64,000 nt of DNA, from positions 62,630 through 126,629 of IMG/VR virus record IMGVR_UViG_3300047476_001057. One strand, 5' to 3'. Shown one piece after another: positions 10,846-20,207 of the stretch. Position 1 is the stretch's first letter. Every line of letters begins with the position of its first letter. The stretch comes from a virus. The position numbers and the translations under genes were made by a program. The notes under the pieces are model-generated. The model saw only the letters and a program-made list of their open reading frames with translations. It was not told the origin of the DNA and made no database searches.

Positions 10846-13821
10846 ATGAAAATACGTATTACTAAAAAAGGTCTTCCTAAAGCCCAGATGTGGAATAGTC
10901 AGCCTGGTGTTCAAATGCAAACACCGGCTCAATCTAGCTATAACTGGATGAATTTCAGCCAGGAGCAGGTTCCTTTACCACGCACTACGGTTATTAATCC
11001 TGATGGTACACAAAAAACCACTGGTAATTTTGGTGAACCTACTATACAATATAGAATGTCTGAACAGGGTACACCTTTGAACCAGGGTAATATTGTACCT
11101 CTTAATACCAGACCTAATATAATGAAAACCCTTCAGGGAGTATCAACAGTAATGAATGCTATTTCTCCGGTGGCTGATCTTCTTGATACCAGAAGAAAGA
11201 ATAAAGAGATTGAGCAAGCATACAGAGACAGTCTTGTAAGGATGGGTCCTGTTGATTATACACAGAACCGTGGTGACTATGAGATCAATACTGGTATGGT
11301 AGATCCGTATAACACAGGTGCTAAAAGTAAAGGTCAGTTTGCAGGAGCTTATTATACTCCTATGGCACAAGATGGTCTTAGTCTGGGTCCTATTTCTTTT
11401 AGTGAGGAACCTGTAAGACGTAATGTATATCAGACAGCACCTCTGGAAATAACCAGAAGTGTAGCAGCTTCTACTTATGTAAAACCTCCGGTAGTTAAAA
11501 ATATGTCTGTAGAAAAACCATCTGCTGCAGGATTTAAAGATTTTATTGCAGCTAAAGAAAGCGGTGGTAATTACAGAGCTTTACCTAAGGATAGTTCTGG
11601 TAAACTTGTTTCATCTGCAGCAGGTAAATATCAGTTTTTGTGGAATCAGCATAAAGGTTGGATAAGCAAGGTGACAGGTGTTTCTTCTAAAGAAGAATTT
11701 CTTAATAACCCAGAAGCCCAGGAAAAAGCTTTTGAATACTGGGATGCTACAGTGCTTACACCTAACGCAAACAAGATTAAACAGCAATTAAGTGTAGCTG
11801 ATTCTGTAGAACAAATAAAAGCTAAAATACATTTTGCAGGACCTGCTGGTGCGTATAGATTCTATTCTACAGGACAGGAAACCAGAGATGCTTTTGGAAC
11901 AACAACATCTACCTATGAAATGGGTGGAGAAAATACACAGCCTATGAAAATACGTATTACACAAGAACCCATGGACAACATGGAATATGGCGGACAGCTT
12001 GGGTATGGTTTTGATTTGGGAGGACGCCGTGTTTACACTGATATGCCTGAGTCAACATCTGATACAGTAAATAATACTATTGGTCCTGTACCTAGAGAGA
12101 TGGCTAATATAGAAGCTGAGAAAGGTGAAACCATGTTGTCTGATGTAGACGATGATGGTATGATGGAACACATGAAGATTGGTGGTAAGCGTCACTCTGA
12201 AGGTGGTACTCCACTAGCTGCAAAACCTGGTGACTTTATCTTTTCAGATACAAAGAAGATGAAGATTAAGAATCCTGCTTTACTTGCACTATTTGGTAAG
12301 TCAGCTAAGAGTGGTGGTTACACACCTGCACAACTTGCCAAGCAGTATGACATCAATAAGTACAAAGCCATCCTGCAGGATCCAAACAGTGATGCTGTAT
12401 CTAAGAGAACAGCTGAAATGATGCTGGGTAACTACGAGAAAAAGCTTGGTATGATTTCTCTTGTACAAGAAGCCAAGAAAGGATTTCCTCAGGGTATTCC
12501 TGCTGTAGCAGAAAGCGTAATGCCTGAAGCTAAGTTTGGTGGTTACCTTGAAGAGTATCAAGTAGGTGGTAGTCCTAGGAAAATGACTAAAGCTGAATAT
12601 GAAGCTGCATTAAAGAAAGGTGAGTTTAAACAGATAGGCAACTCTCGTATAGCTGAAAGAACATGGCAGGAAAAAGTAAAAGATGAGGTTCCCGGTCAGG
12701 CTGCTCAGTTTAAAATAGAAACAAGTAAGGGTCCTGGTAAAGGTAGTGCATCTTTCAATAAGGCTTTTGGTGATGCTCGTAAAGCAGGTCTTAAAGAGTT
12801 TACATTTAACGGAAAGAAATTCAACACCGGTCTTTACAAACCAGGAGAAGGTAATAAGGTTCTTGTAAAAGCAGCAGTAGAAGGAACACCTGCTGAGTAT
12901 AAAGAAAGAAAGGAACAAATTACTTATGACGAAGCTCCTGGTATACCAACTGTTCCAGATTTTACTCCTTCAGAAAATAACACTCCTTATGGTTGGACGC
13001 AACAGGATATAAACAATGCATTGCTTGCTATGAGCAACCGTGCAGGTATTAAGAAGTATCCAAGTGTACGTAGAGACTTCAACCCTGTTATGCCTGACTT
13101 TAGAAACATGGACTGGAGAGGTAAGGCTGCAGAGTTGCAGGGTACATATAACTCCCAAATGAATACGCTTGGTACATATCAAAGTCCTACGTCTCTTGCA
13201 GCTAATGCATCGTTTATGGCAGGTCAACAGGCTGAGAATCTTATCAACCGTGCAATTGAACCTACAGAACAACAAAATGTGCAGATTTATAATCAGGTGT
13301 CAGGTCAGCGTGCCGGTATAATGAACCAGGCTTTGGCTAATGCTGCACAGAATACATTCCTGCGTTCACAAGATAGAGCTGTATTAAATCAGCAATATGA
13401 CAATGCTGTTAGGGATGCTAATGCGGCAATGATACAGACTATCAACCAAGGTATGACAAATGCATCAGGCATCTACAATACTAATCTTGTAGAAAGCCCA
13501 TACTACTTCTATGATCCACGTACACAAAAGATGAAGTTTAACTCAGAGAATGCACGTGCAGCTTTTGAAGCAGCAAGAAGATCTGCAGGACCAAATGAAT
13601 CAGATATGGCTGCTCAGTATATGACTTTGCGTAGTAAACTTACTGGTGTACCTGAAGATAAAAAAGATGATGTTGCTCAAATGATGATGGGTCTTGGTAA
13701 AACAGGAAGAACATCATCTACTACTTATCCTTTCAATCCCACTATGAACAGAACAACTGTTCAGCAACCTTTTAATCCTTATTACAATCCCTATCTCAAT
13801 CCTGCAATGAGGGATCAGTAA
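10846..13821 (+). CDS. Virion cargo protein with lysozyme/lytic transglycosylase-like domain
   Basis: 991 aa, no Cys; FIAAKESGGNY...SSAAGKYQF motif; EAEKGE...GKRHSEGG...IFSD motif common in crAss-like cargo proteins. Confidence 0.65.
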   Translation: MKIRITKKGLPKAQMWNSQPGVQMQTPAQSSYNWMNFSQEQVPLPRTTVINPDGTQKTTGNFGEPTIQYRMSEQGTPLNQGNIVPLNTRPNIMKTLQGVSTVMNAISPVADLLDTRRKNKEIEQAYRDSLVRMGPVDYTQNRGDYEINTGMVDPYNTGAKSKGQFAGAYYTPMAQDGLSLGPISFSEEPVRRNVYQTAPLEITRSVAASTYVKPPVVKNMSVEKPSAAGFKDFIAAKESGGNYRALPKDSSGKLVSSAAGKYQFLWNQHKGWISKVTGVSSKEEFLNNPEAQEKAFEYWDATVLTPNANKIKQQLSVADSVEQIKAKIHFAGPAGAYRFYSTGQETRDAFGTTTSTYEMGGENTQPMKIRITQEPMDNMEYGGQLGYGFDLGGRRVYTDMPESTSDTVNNTIGPVPREMANIEAEKGETMLSDVDDDGMMEHMKIGGKRHSEGGTPLAAKPGDFIFSDTKKMKIKNPALLALFGKSAKSGGYTPAQLAKQYDINKYKAILQDPNSDAVSKRTAEMMLGNYEKKLGMISLVQEAKKGFPQGIPAVAESVMPEAKFGGYLEEYQVGGSPRKMTKAEYEAALKKGEFKQIGNSRIAERTWQEKVKDEVPGQAAQFKIETSKGPGKGSASFNKAFGDARKAGLKEFTFNGKKFNTGLYKPGEGNKVLVKAAVEGTPAEYKERKEQITYDEAPGIPTVPDFTPSENNTPYGWTQQDINNALLAMSNRAGIKKYPSVRRDFNPVMPDFRNMDWRGKAAELQGTYNSQMNTLGTYQSPTSLAANASFMAGQQAENLINRAIEPTEQQNVQIYNQVSGQRAGIMNQALANAAQNTFLRSQDRAVLNQQYDNAVRDANAAMIQTINQGMTNASGIYNTNLVESPYYFYDPRTQKMKFNSENARAAFEAARRSAGPNESDMAAQYMTLRSKLTGVPEDKKDDVAQMMMGLGKTGRTSSTTYPFNPTMNRTTVQQPFNPYYNPYLNPAMRDQ

Positions 13822-13858
13822 ACCTGTTAAGTTTAGTTTTAAACCTTTCAGATTTTTC

Positions 13859-13875
13859 CGTATATTATTAATGTA
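13859..13875 (+). promoter_or_regulatory. Candidate late promoter CGTATATTAT-x-ATGTA
   Basis: Intergenic, just upstream of ATG 13880; near-identical motif at 57923 upstream of the lysis cassette. Confidence 0.4.
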
Positions 13876-13879
13876 ACCT

Positions 13880-16870
13880 ATGGCAACATTTATACAAGGT
13901 GTAACTGATACGAACTTAGATCCGGTGCTTTTCACACCGGACTATAGTTTTTTGAGATACAACCTACAGAAGAAGTCTGCTCAGTACGAGCAGGGTTTGA
14001 AATCTGTATCAAATGCTTATGGCTCTCTAAAGAAAGAGTTGAGTGATCCCATTAACGTAGAAAGAAGGGACAACTATCTAAAAGCTGCTGAAACAGAACT
14101 GCAAAAGATTGCATCAGCTGATCTGTCTTTACAGCAGAATGTGAATGCTGCTAACGCTATCTTTGATCCAATTGCTACTGATCCTGCCATTGCTTTTGAT
14201 GCTTATCATACAAGTCGTATTAAACGTGAGCTTTCTGAAATGGAAAGCTGGGCTGACTCAGAAGACATGGCTACACGTAAAAAATTTAACAATGAGATAT
14301 ACAGCTGGTTGAAACGTGACTTAGATGGTTTAAAAAACGGTAATGGTGATATTAAGAACTATAAAGTTCAGGGACGTAAAGCCTGGGCTTTTGTAGATGC
14401 TCAAGATATTGTCAACCAGGCTGCTAAGGACATGGGTTACAAAATAGAAAATGATTCTCTTGGTCAACCCTATATTATAACTACCATTGGTGGAAAAACC
14501 AACAGAGAGAGTTATGAACTTTTTGCTCAAAATGTTCTTGCTGCTAACCCTGTTTACCAGCAACAAACAAAGATTTTGGGTCAGGCAAGAATAGAAAATA
14601 TTCTTGATTTTTATAAAAATGATCCTCTTAATGCCGGACTAGACAAAACACAACTTCTTAATAAGTATTCAGATGTTGCTTACACAGAAGGACGCAACAG
14701 GCAAAAAGGTTATATAGAAAATCTTAATGAAAAGCTGGCTGTACAAAAGGCAGACTACATTGCTTTTCATGCTGCCAATCCTAATCCCCAAGGTGAGACA
14801 CTTGCTCTTATGCAACGAAAACTGGCAGATCTTAATCAGTTTAAAAGTCAGGTAGATAACATTCAAAAAGAGTATAGTAATACTTATGGTGCAGATGATG
14901 CAGCTTTTAAACTGAAGAAAGAAAACTTTACCAAGCAGTTTATTGAGAATCCTGAAGGTTATTTTGCTAACCAGGTAAGAACAGAAGATGTGGTGCGTTG
15001 GTCTAATATCCGTTCGTCTTTTGGTACTGTATCAATCAAACCTGACCAAGGATATATATCTATGGTCAATGCTGCTGATAAAGCTTTGAACACTTTGAAT
15101 AATATCAAGGATGATCAGTTTGACAACCAGATGGACGTTGAAGAACTTAAAGTGAAACAGCTCAATGCTGCTCTTAAGTTACAAGGTAAAACTGCTACTG
15201 GAGAACGCAAGAAGAACGCAGATGGTACTGATAAACTTCCGGATATAGAATTCAACGGTATCAGTTCTACACAGGTAAATGTTACTACAAAGATTGATCA
15301 GCTTAAAGATGAACTAGCCTTGGCTAAAGCTGGAGCAATTACTAATATGACAAGCACCTTTGGTGGATTGTATTTGTTAGAGAATATGGGTACTAAACCA
15401 GAAGATGTAGCATTGATCCGACAGTTCTTTACCAACCAACAGTTTCAAAGTAATGCCAAACCTACTAAAGAACAGGGAGTAGCATTAAAGAATGCTTACA
15501 GAAATCTCTTTTCTTTTGTAAAACTTAATAACAGGGATGAAGCTCTCACTGAGATGAGAGGGCAGGTAGATAAGAATATATCAATTGATAAAGTAGATTT
15601 TCCAGGCTTGTTGAAAAAAGCTGTTGCCAATTATGTACCCAAAGATGAAGAAGAAAAACAAGCCATTCGTAACATCTTTGAGTATGACAAGAACCAGGCT
15701 TTGATTAAAACAAAGACAGATGCTATCAATAAAGGAGTAAACTTTGTTGGCAAGACCATCATGAACCAAACGGATGAGGAATTAAAAAAGTTAGTCAAGA
15801 AAGAAGGTGATGATTATCGTTTACTAGATAAGAATGATGTAAAAGAATGGTTCAACGGTTTAAAAACCAGTGGTCAATTAAATGATGCTCAGCTTGAAGA
15901 ACTTGCTGGAGCTTATATAAACGGTAAAGTAAAAGTTAATATTACTAAACCAGAAGGAGCAGCTTCTGCAGCTCGTAGTGGTGGCAGTACTTTGGGATAT
16001 GTAGATATAACATACAATGATAAAAAGTATTATTTAAACGGAACCAATCCTAATATTATTAATTCTGCTGATTATATAAAACTTTCTAAACGGATTAATG
16101 AGCGTATTCCTGTACCTGAGTTTGAAGCATCTGTACCAGGTGCTGTGGTAAAAGGTTCTGCTGGCTATATTTTCCGTGGAGACACAAAAGAAAAGACCAG
16201 GGAATTTTTGGCTAGTCCTACTCAGGATAATTCAAACATATTTATAAGTGAAGACGGAACTGCTAATGGATATGCCCAGGTAGATCCGGAACAACAAAAA
16301 CAAATCAGATCTGCTCTTGCCAGTAAGGAAAATGTGGAGATGGTCAAGCTTTGGGTTAACTCTCCTATTAATGAAGGAAAGCAGGTGGTTGAAGTAACTT
16401 TTGCTGCTCCTAAAAGTGAGAAGGATACTAATCCAGCTGCAGGAAAAACTTTTTATTTTCCTATTAACGTAAATGAAAGAACATCTGATATCTTCAAAAC
16501 ATTTGCAGAAGTAAATGATGAGTTTTCTAACTACTCTACTAAGAACGAACCTTATGTGATGGACTATCACCAGGCTTCTGGTGTAATGGCAAAGATATAT
16601 GCTGATCAACCCGGTTCACGTACAGGAACAGTAAGAGTATATACTAAATATGATCCTGTTACACGTCAGTATGGTGATACATGGATCGAGCAGAAACCTT
16701 TACAGTTTAATCTTAATAACATTTCTTTTTCAGAACTTAAGGATGTTATTTACAATGATGTATTAAGTCCTTATGTTTCTTCACATATGGCTTATACAAA
16801 ACAGATGCAAACTCAGCAGGCTGCTCAAGGAACTTCAAATCCCTGGAACCAGTTAAAGTTAAACTGGTAA
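13880..16870 (+). CDS. Virion ejected/cargo protein, unknown function
   Basis: 996 aa, no Cys, helical composition, within the cargo operon. Confidence 0.6.
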   Translation: MATFIQGVTDTNLDPVLFTPDYSFLRYNLQKKSAQYEQGLKSVSNAYGSLKKELSDPINVERRDNYLKAAETELQKIASADLSLQQNVNAANAIFDPIATDPAIAFDAYHTSRIKRELSEMESWADSEDMATRKKFNNEIYSWLKRDLDGLKNGNGDIKNYKVQGRKAWAFVDAQDIVNQAAKDMGYKIENDSLGQPYIITTIGGKTNRESYELFAQNVLAANPVYQQQTKILGQARIENILDFYKNDPLNAGLDKTQLLNKYSDVAYTEGRNRQKGYIENLNEKLAVQKADYIAFHAANPNPQGETLALMQRKLADLNQFKSQVDNIQKEYSNTYGADDAAFKLKKENFTKQFIENPEGYFANQVRTEDVVRWSNIRSSFGTVSIKPDQGYISMVNAADKALNTLNNIKDDQFDNQMDVEELKVKQLNAALKLQGKTATGERKKNADGTDKLPDIEFNGISSTQVNVTTKIDQLKDELALAKAGAITNMTSTFGGLYLLENMGTKPEDVALIRQFFTNQQFQSNAKPTKEQGVALKNAYRNLFSFVKLNNRDEALTEMRGQVDKNISIDKVDFPGLLKKAVANYVPKDEEEKQAIRNIFEYDKNQALIKTKTDAINKGVNFVGKTIMNQTDEELKKLVKKEGDDYRLLDKNDVKEWFNGLKTSGQLNDAQLEELAGAYINGKVKVNITKPEGAASAARSGGSTLGYVDITYNDKKYYLNGTNPNIINSADYIKLSKRINERIPVPEFEASVPGAVVKGSAGYIFRGDTKEKTREFLASPTQDNSNIFISEDGTANGYAQVDPEQQKQIRSALASKENVEMVKLWVNSPINEGKQVVEVTFAAPKSEKDTNPAAGKTFYFPINVNERTSDIFKTFAEVNDEFSNYSTKNEPYVMDYHQASGVMAKIYADQPGSRTGTVRVYTKYDPVTRQYGDTWIEQKPLQFNLNNISFSELKDVIYNDVLSPYVSSHMAYTKQMQTQQAAQGTSNPWNQLKLNW

Positions 16871-16872
16871 GT

Positions 16873-19800
16873 GTGAACCCTATGGAAAAATTTACAATAG
16901 ATCCTGGTTTATATCTGCCTTCAGATCCTTTGCCACAGGCTATTTCTCCTGTCATACAAGACTATGAGAACAGCGGTGCTTTTATACAATCACAGCAGGA
17001 TTATGCTGACAGCATTTCTATGCCTGGTGACAGCATTACTGATCTTATAAATAAGGTGGAACAATACCAGGCTCAGAGTCGTGCTCTTCTTGATCAAGGC
17101 AATCCAGAAATTCCTGTTGGTCCCGGTTATCAGTTTAATATGAATGGTGTCATGAACAAACTTGCCCGTTCTTTAAATCCTGAGAAACCAACACTACAGG
17201 CATCAGCTGCTCCAATGACTCTTGGTTCTCAGAGTGACTTTGATCGTTATGCACAAAGTGAAGACTTTCAGACATTTGGTTATGTTCCTTCTTTAGGAAG
17301 TGAGCAGGAATACCGCTATGGTCGTGCAATGACCTGGGGAGACACCGTGGGTAAAGCATTTGCTGGTGGTTCTGCACTAGCCTGGGATACTTTTGTAGAA
17401 GGATGGAAAGGTTGGGGAAGAATGACGGAAGCTCTTTTTACGTGGGATTCTTCAAAGCTAATGGGATCTGAAGAAGAACGCTATGAGATAGCTAAAAAAC
17501 AAGAAGAGATATTTAATAAGTATGCTATTTATAATACTGCTGAATCAGAAGACTCTCTTCTAAACAGACAGTTTTTTGGTAACATGTTGCAGCAAACCGG
17601 ATTTACAGTAGGTGCGTTGGGTCAGATGGCTCTTGAAACATATCTCACTGCCGGTTTTGGAAAAGCTATCAGTGCTGCAGTGGGTGGAATTGGTAAAGCA
17701 AGAGGGCTTAAGACAGCCATGAATGTTGGAGAACTTATTAACGATACCCGTAAGGTTCAACAGGTCATCTCTAACACACAAAAGGTAAACAATGCTCTTA
17801 AACTTATTCCCCGTTCTATAGTACCTCTCTATGGTACAGCAGAAGATATGATTAAAGCTGGTAAAGCTGGTGCAGGTACTTTACAACTTGGTATGCTGCT
17901 TGGTGGAGGTATTAAACGTGAGTTGAGTATATTTAATATGGCTCGTTCAGAAGCCATATTTGAAGCAGCTTCTACATATAAAGAACTTGAAAATAAACTT
18001 GTGCAGGACTTTGTTAACACTAATGGACGTGAGCCAAGTGTAACAGAGCTGGAAACTATAAGGCAAACAGCAGACAATGCTTCTGCGGACAACTTTGCTA
18101 CCAATCTGGGTATTCTTACACTAATGAATAGAATTCAGTTTGGTAACATGTTTAAAAACTTTAATACATCCCGTAAGATATTTAGCAGTAATGCTACTGC
18201 CTTGGGTGATGATGTATTTGAAGTGAGTGGAAAAGTGGGAGATAAAACGATAAAGAAAGTATATGAAAAAGGATTTGTAGGAAGACTTGGAGCTGTAAGA
18301 GATATTTCTAAAACTTTTGGAAAAAAGAAAGCAGCATGGGAAGCTGCAAAATCAGCAGGTCTTGGTATTATGAAGTTTGAAGGATCTGAAGGTGCTCAGG
18401 AACTCTTGCAAGAAGCTTCTAATAAAGGACTTAGTGCTTACTATTATGATCTTTATAATGGTAAGAAAGGATATAGTTCTAAGATTGATAATGTACTTTC
18501 CAGTATACAAAATCCTATCACTGACATTGATGGTGCAAAAACGTTTTTAATGGGGGCCTTAACAGGTCGTTTTATTGCACCGTTCTCTTATGCAGGAGGT
18601 AAGTTGTTTGCAGGTAAAGAAGGAAAAGAAATAGCAGCTAAAAAAAGAGAAGCTGTAAATATCATTAACACTTTTTATACTGACCCTACTCAATATACAA
18701 AGGAGTGGATAGCTAACGTAAAGGTGCAAAACCGTGCAGCTGAAAACATGGAACAGGCTGTTGCTAACGGTGACAAATATACGTTCTATAATACTAAAGA
18801 CTCTGCTTTTGCAAAAGCTGTTTCTTCAGCTATCAAGCTAAATATGTATGAGTCTTTGAAAGGTACACTAACTGAACTTGGACAGGACCTTACAGAGCAA
18901 GAGTTTAAAGAAGCGTTTAACATGGATGCCACTGCAGCTAACCGTGAAAACGTTCAGCAGTTTATGGGTAAGGTTGTAGGTCAGATGGACGAATATTACA
19001 CCCTTTACAATAACTTAAAAGATAAGTACGGAGACAGGATTGTTCCTGAGCTCTATCGTTATAATAAGCCTGAGGAGTATGAGCGTGTAAAGATTGCCAA
19101 GATAGCTCTTGACAATGCTATTGAGATGCTTACTACCAACGTATTCAAAGCACGCCAGACTACTAAAAGAGCAGCACAACTCCAGAGTGAGATAGCTGCC
19201 AATGCTAACATTGGTGCTTCTTCTATAGAAGTATTAAATAAGTTGGGCAGTGAGCAGTCTATAGGTGATCATATCAGCATGCTTAACAAAGAGATCGGCT
19301 TTTATGAAAAAGCTGAGACACTAGATGCTGAACAGAAAGCCATACTTAATCTAAAGAAACAGGAACTCAAACTTAGCCAGGCATGGCAGGATGCGTTTGA
19401 AGATGTAATGACCGGTCAGGGTGAAAGTTTTTTTGAAGAAGGATCCATTAAAAAGATTTATGAAGCATATGAGAACCTGGTAAACTTTTATAACAAAAGT
19501 GAAGAAAAGAATGTCTCTGTTTCTATAGAAGATATAGAAGACAACTTTACCAAGTTCCTGGATTACATACAGCTTAACAAAGATGGCAAAGCTTATATAG
19601 ATGCCATGAACCTTCTTGCTGACCCTTACAACATGAATCTCATCATAGAAGCTACCAAGTCTTCTATAGACGAGATGGGTAAGATCATGCAAAAGGAACA
19701 CCTTGAAGAGGTAAACAAGATAGCTGAAGATCCCAAGCCTCCTGTTGAAGTGCCTCCTGCTGAAGATCCTGTTCCTCCTGCTACTGATCCGGTGGTTGTC

Positions 19801-20199
19801 ACCACTACTGAAACAGCACAACCAGCCACTGAAATACAACCTGAAGTTAAACCGGCAGAGAATGCCGAGATGGAAAATGCTCTTAAGAATGCTTATGATA
19901 AGTATAAAGCAGATGCAGAAAGAGCTGGTAATCCTGTAGCCAACTATGACCAGTGGAAAGACTTTAGTGCTGCTGCAAAAGAAATCCGCAAAGGATTTCA
20001 AGCTGCCCCTGCTACAGAACAGACAGAGGAACAACCAGAGACCTATGCAGAACAGTTTGATGTGGCTGCTGTCAATACAGAAAACATATCAGAAGATGTT
20101 GTAGATCAAATATTGAGTTCTACAAAATCAGAAAAAAGTGATAACTTTGAGAACAAGGTTGATGACTTTTTTACTAACCTGACCGTTTGTAATATCTAA
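16873..20199 (+). CDS. Large ejection protein with Gly/Ala-rich hydrophobic helices (possible membrane conduit); ATG 16882 is the likely start
   Basis: 1108 aa; GFTVGALGQMALETYLTAGFG, EGAQELLQE and FLMGALTG segments; Pro/Glu-rich C-terminal linker; single Cys three residues from the C-terminus. Confidence 0.6.
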   Translation: MNPMEKFTIDPGLYLPSDPLPQAISPVIQDYENSGAFIQSQQDYADSISMPGDSITDLINKVEQYQAQSRALLDQGNPEIPVGPGYQFNMNGVMNKLARSLNPEKPTLQASAAPMTLGSQSDFDRYAQSEDFQTFGYVPSLGSEQEYRYGRAMTWGDTVGKAFAGGSALAWDTFVEGWKGWGRMTEALFTWDSSKLMGSEEERYEIAKKQEEIFNKYAIYNTAESEDSLLNRQFFGNMLQQTGFTVGALGQMALETYLTAGFGKAISAAVGGIGKARGLKTAMNVGELINDTRKVQQVISNTQKVNNALKLIPRSIVPLYGTAEDMIKAGKAGAGTLQLGMLLGGGIKRELSIFNMARSEAIFEAASTYKELENKLVQDFVNTNGREPSVTELETIRQTADNASADNFATNLGILTLMNRIQFGNMFKNFNTSRKIFSSNATALGDDVFEVSGKVGDKTIKKVYEKGFVGRLGAVRDISKTFGKKKAAWEAAKSAGLGIMKFEGSEGAQELLQEASNKGLSAYYYDLYNGKKGYSSKIDNVLSSIQNPITDIDGAKTFLMGALTGRFIAPFSYAGGKLFAGKEGKEIAAKKREAVNIINTFYTDPTQYTKEWIANVKVQNRAAENMEQAVANGDKYTFYNTKDSAFAKAVSSAIKLNMYESLKGTLTELGQDLTEQEFKEAFNMDATAANRENVQQFMGKVVGQMDEYYTLYNNLKDKYGDRIVPELYRYNKPEEYERVKIAKIALDNAIEMLTTNVFKARQTTKRAAQLQSEIAANANIGASSIEVLNKLGSEQSIGDHISMLNKEIGFYEKAETLDAEQKAILNLKKQELKLSQAWQDAFEDVMTGQGESFFEEGSIKKIYEAYENLVNFYNKSEEKNVSVSIEDIEDNFTKFLDYIQLNKDGKAYIDAMNLLADPYNMNLIIEATKSSIDEMGKIMQKEHLEEVNKIAEDPKPPVEVPPAEDPVPPATDPVVVTTTETAQPATEIQPEVKPAENAEMENALKNAYDKYKADAERAGNPVANYDQWKDFSAAAKEIRKGFQAAPATEQTEEQPETYAEQFDVAAVNTENISEDVVDQILSSTKSEKSDNFENKVDDFFTNLTVCNI

Positions 20200-20207
20200 T
20201 ATACCCT

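Noticed and set aside
7048-13821. Diversity-generating retroelement behind the MxxGG repeats
   Set aside because: No reverse transcriptase in the window and no long template/variable repeat pair with adenine-specific mismatches.
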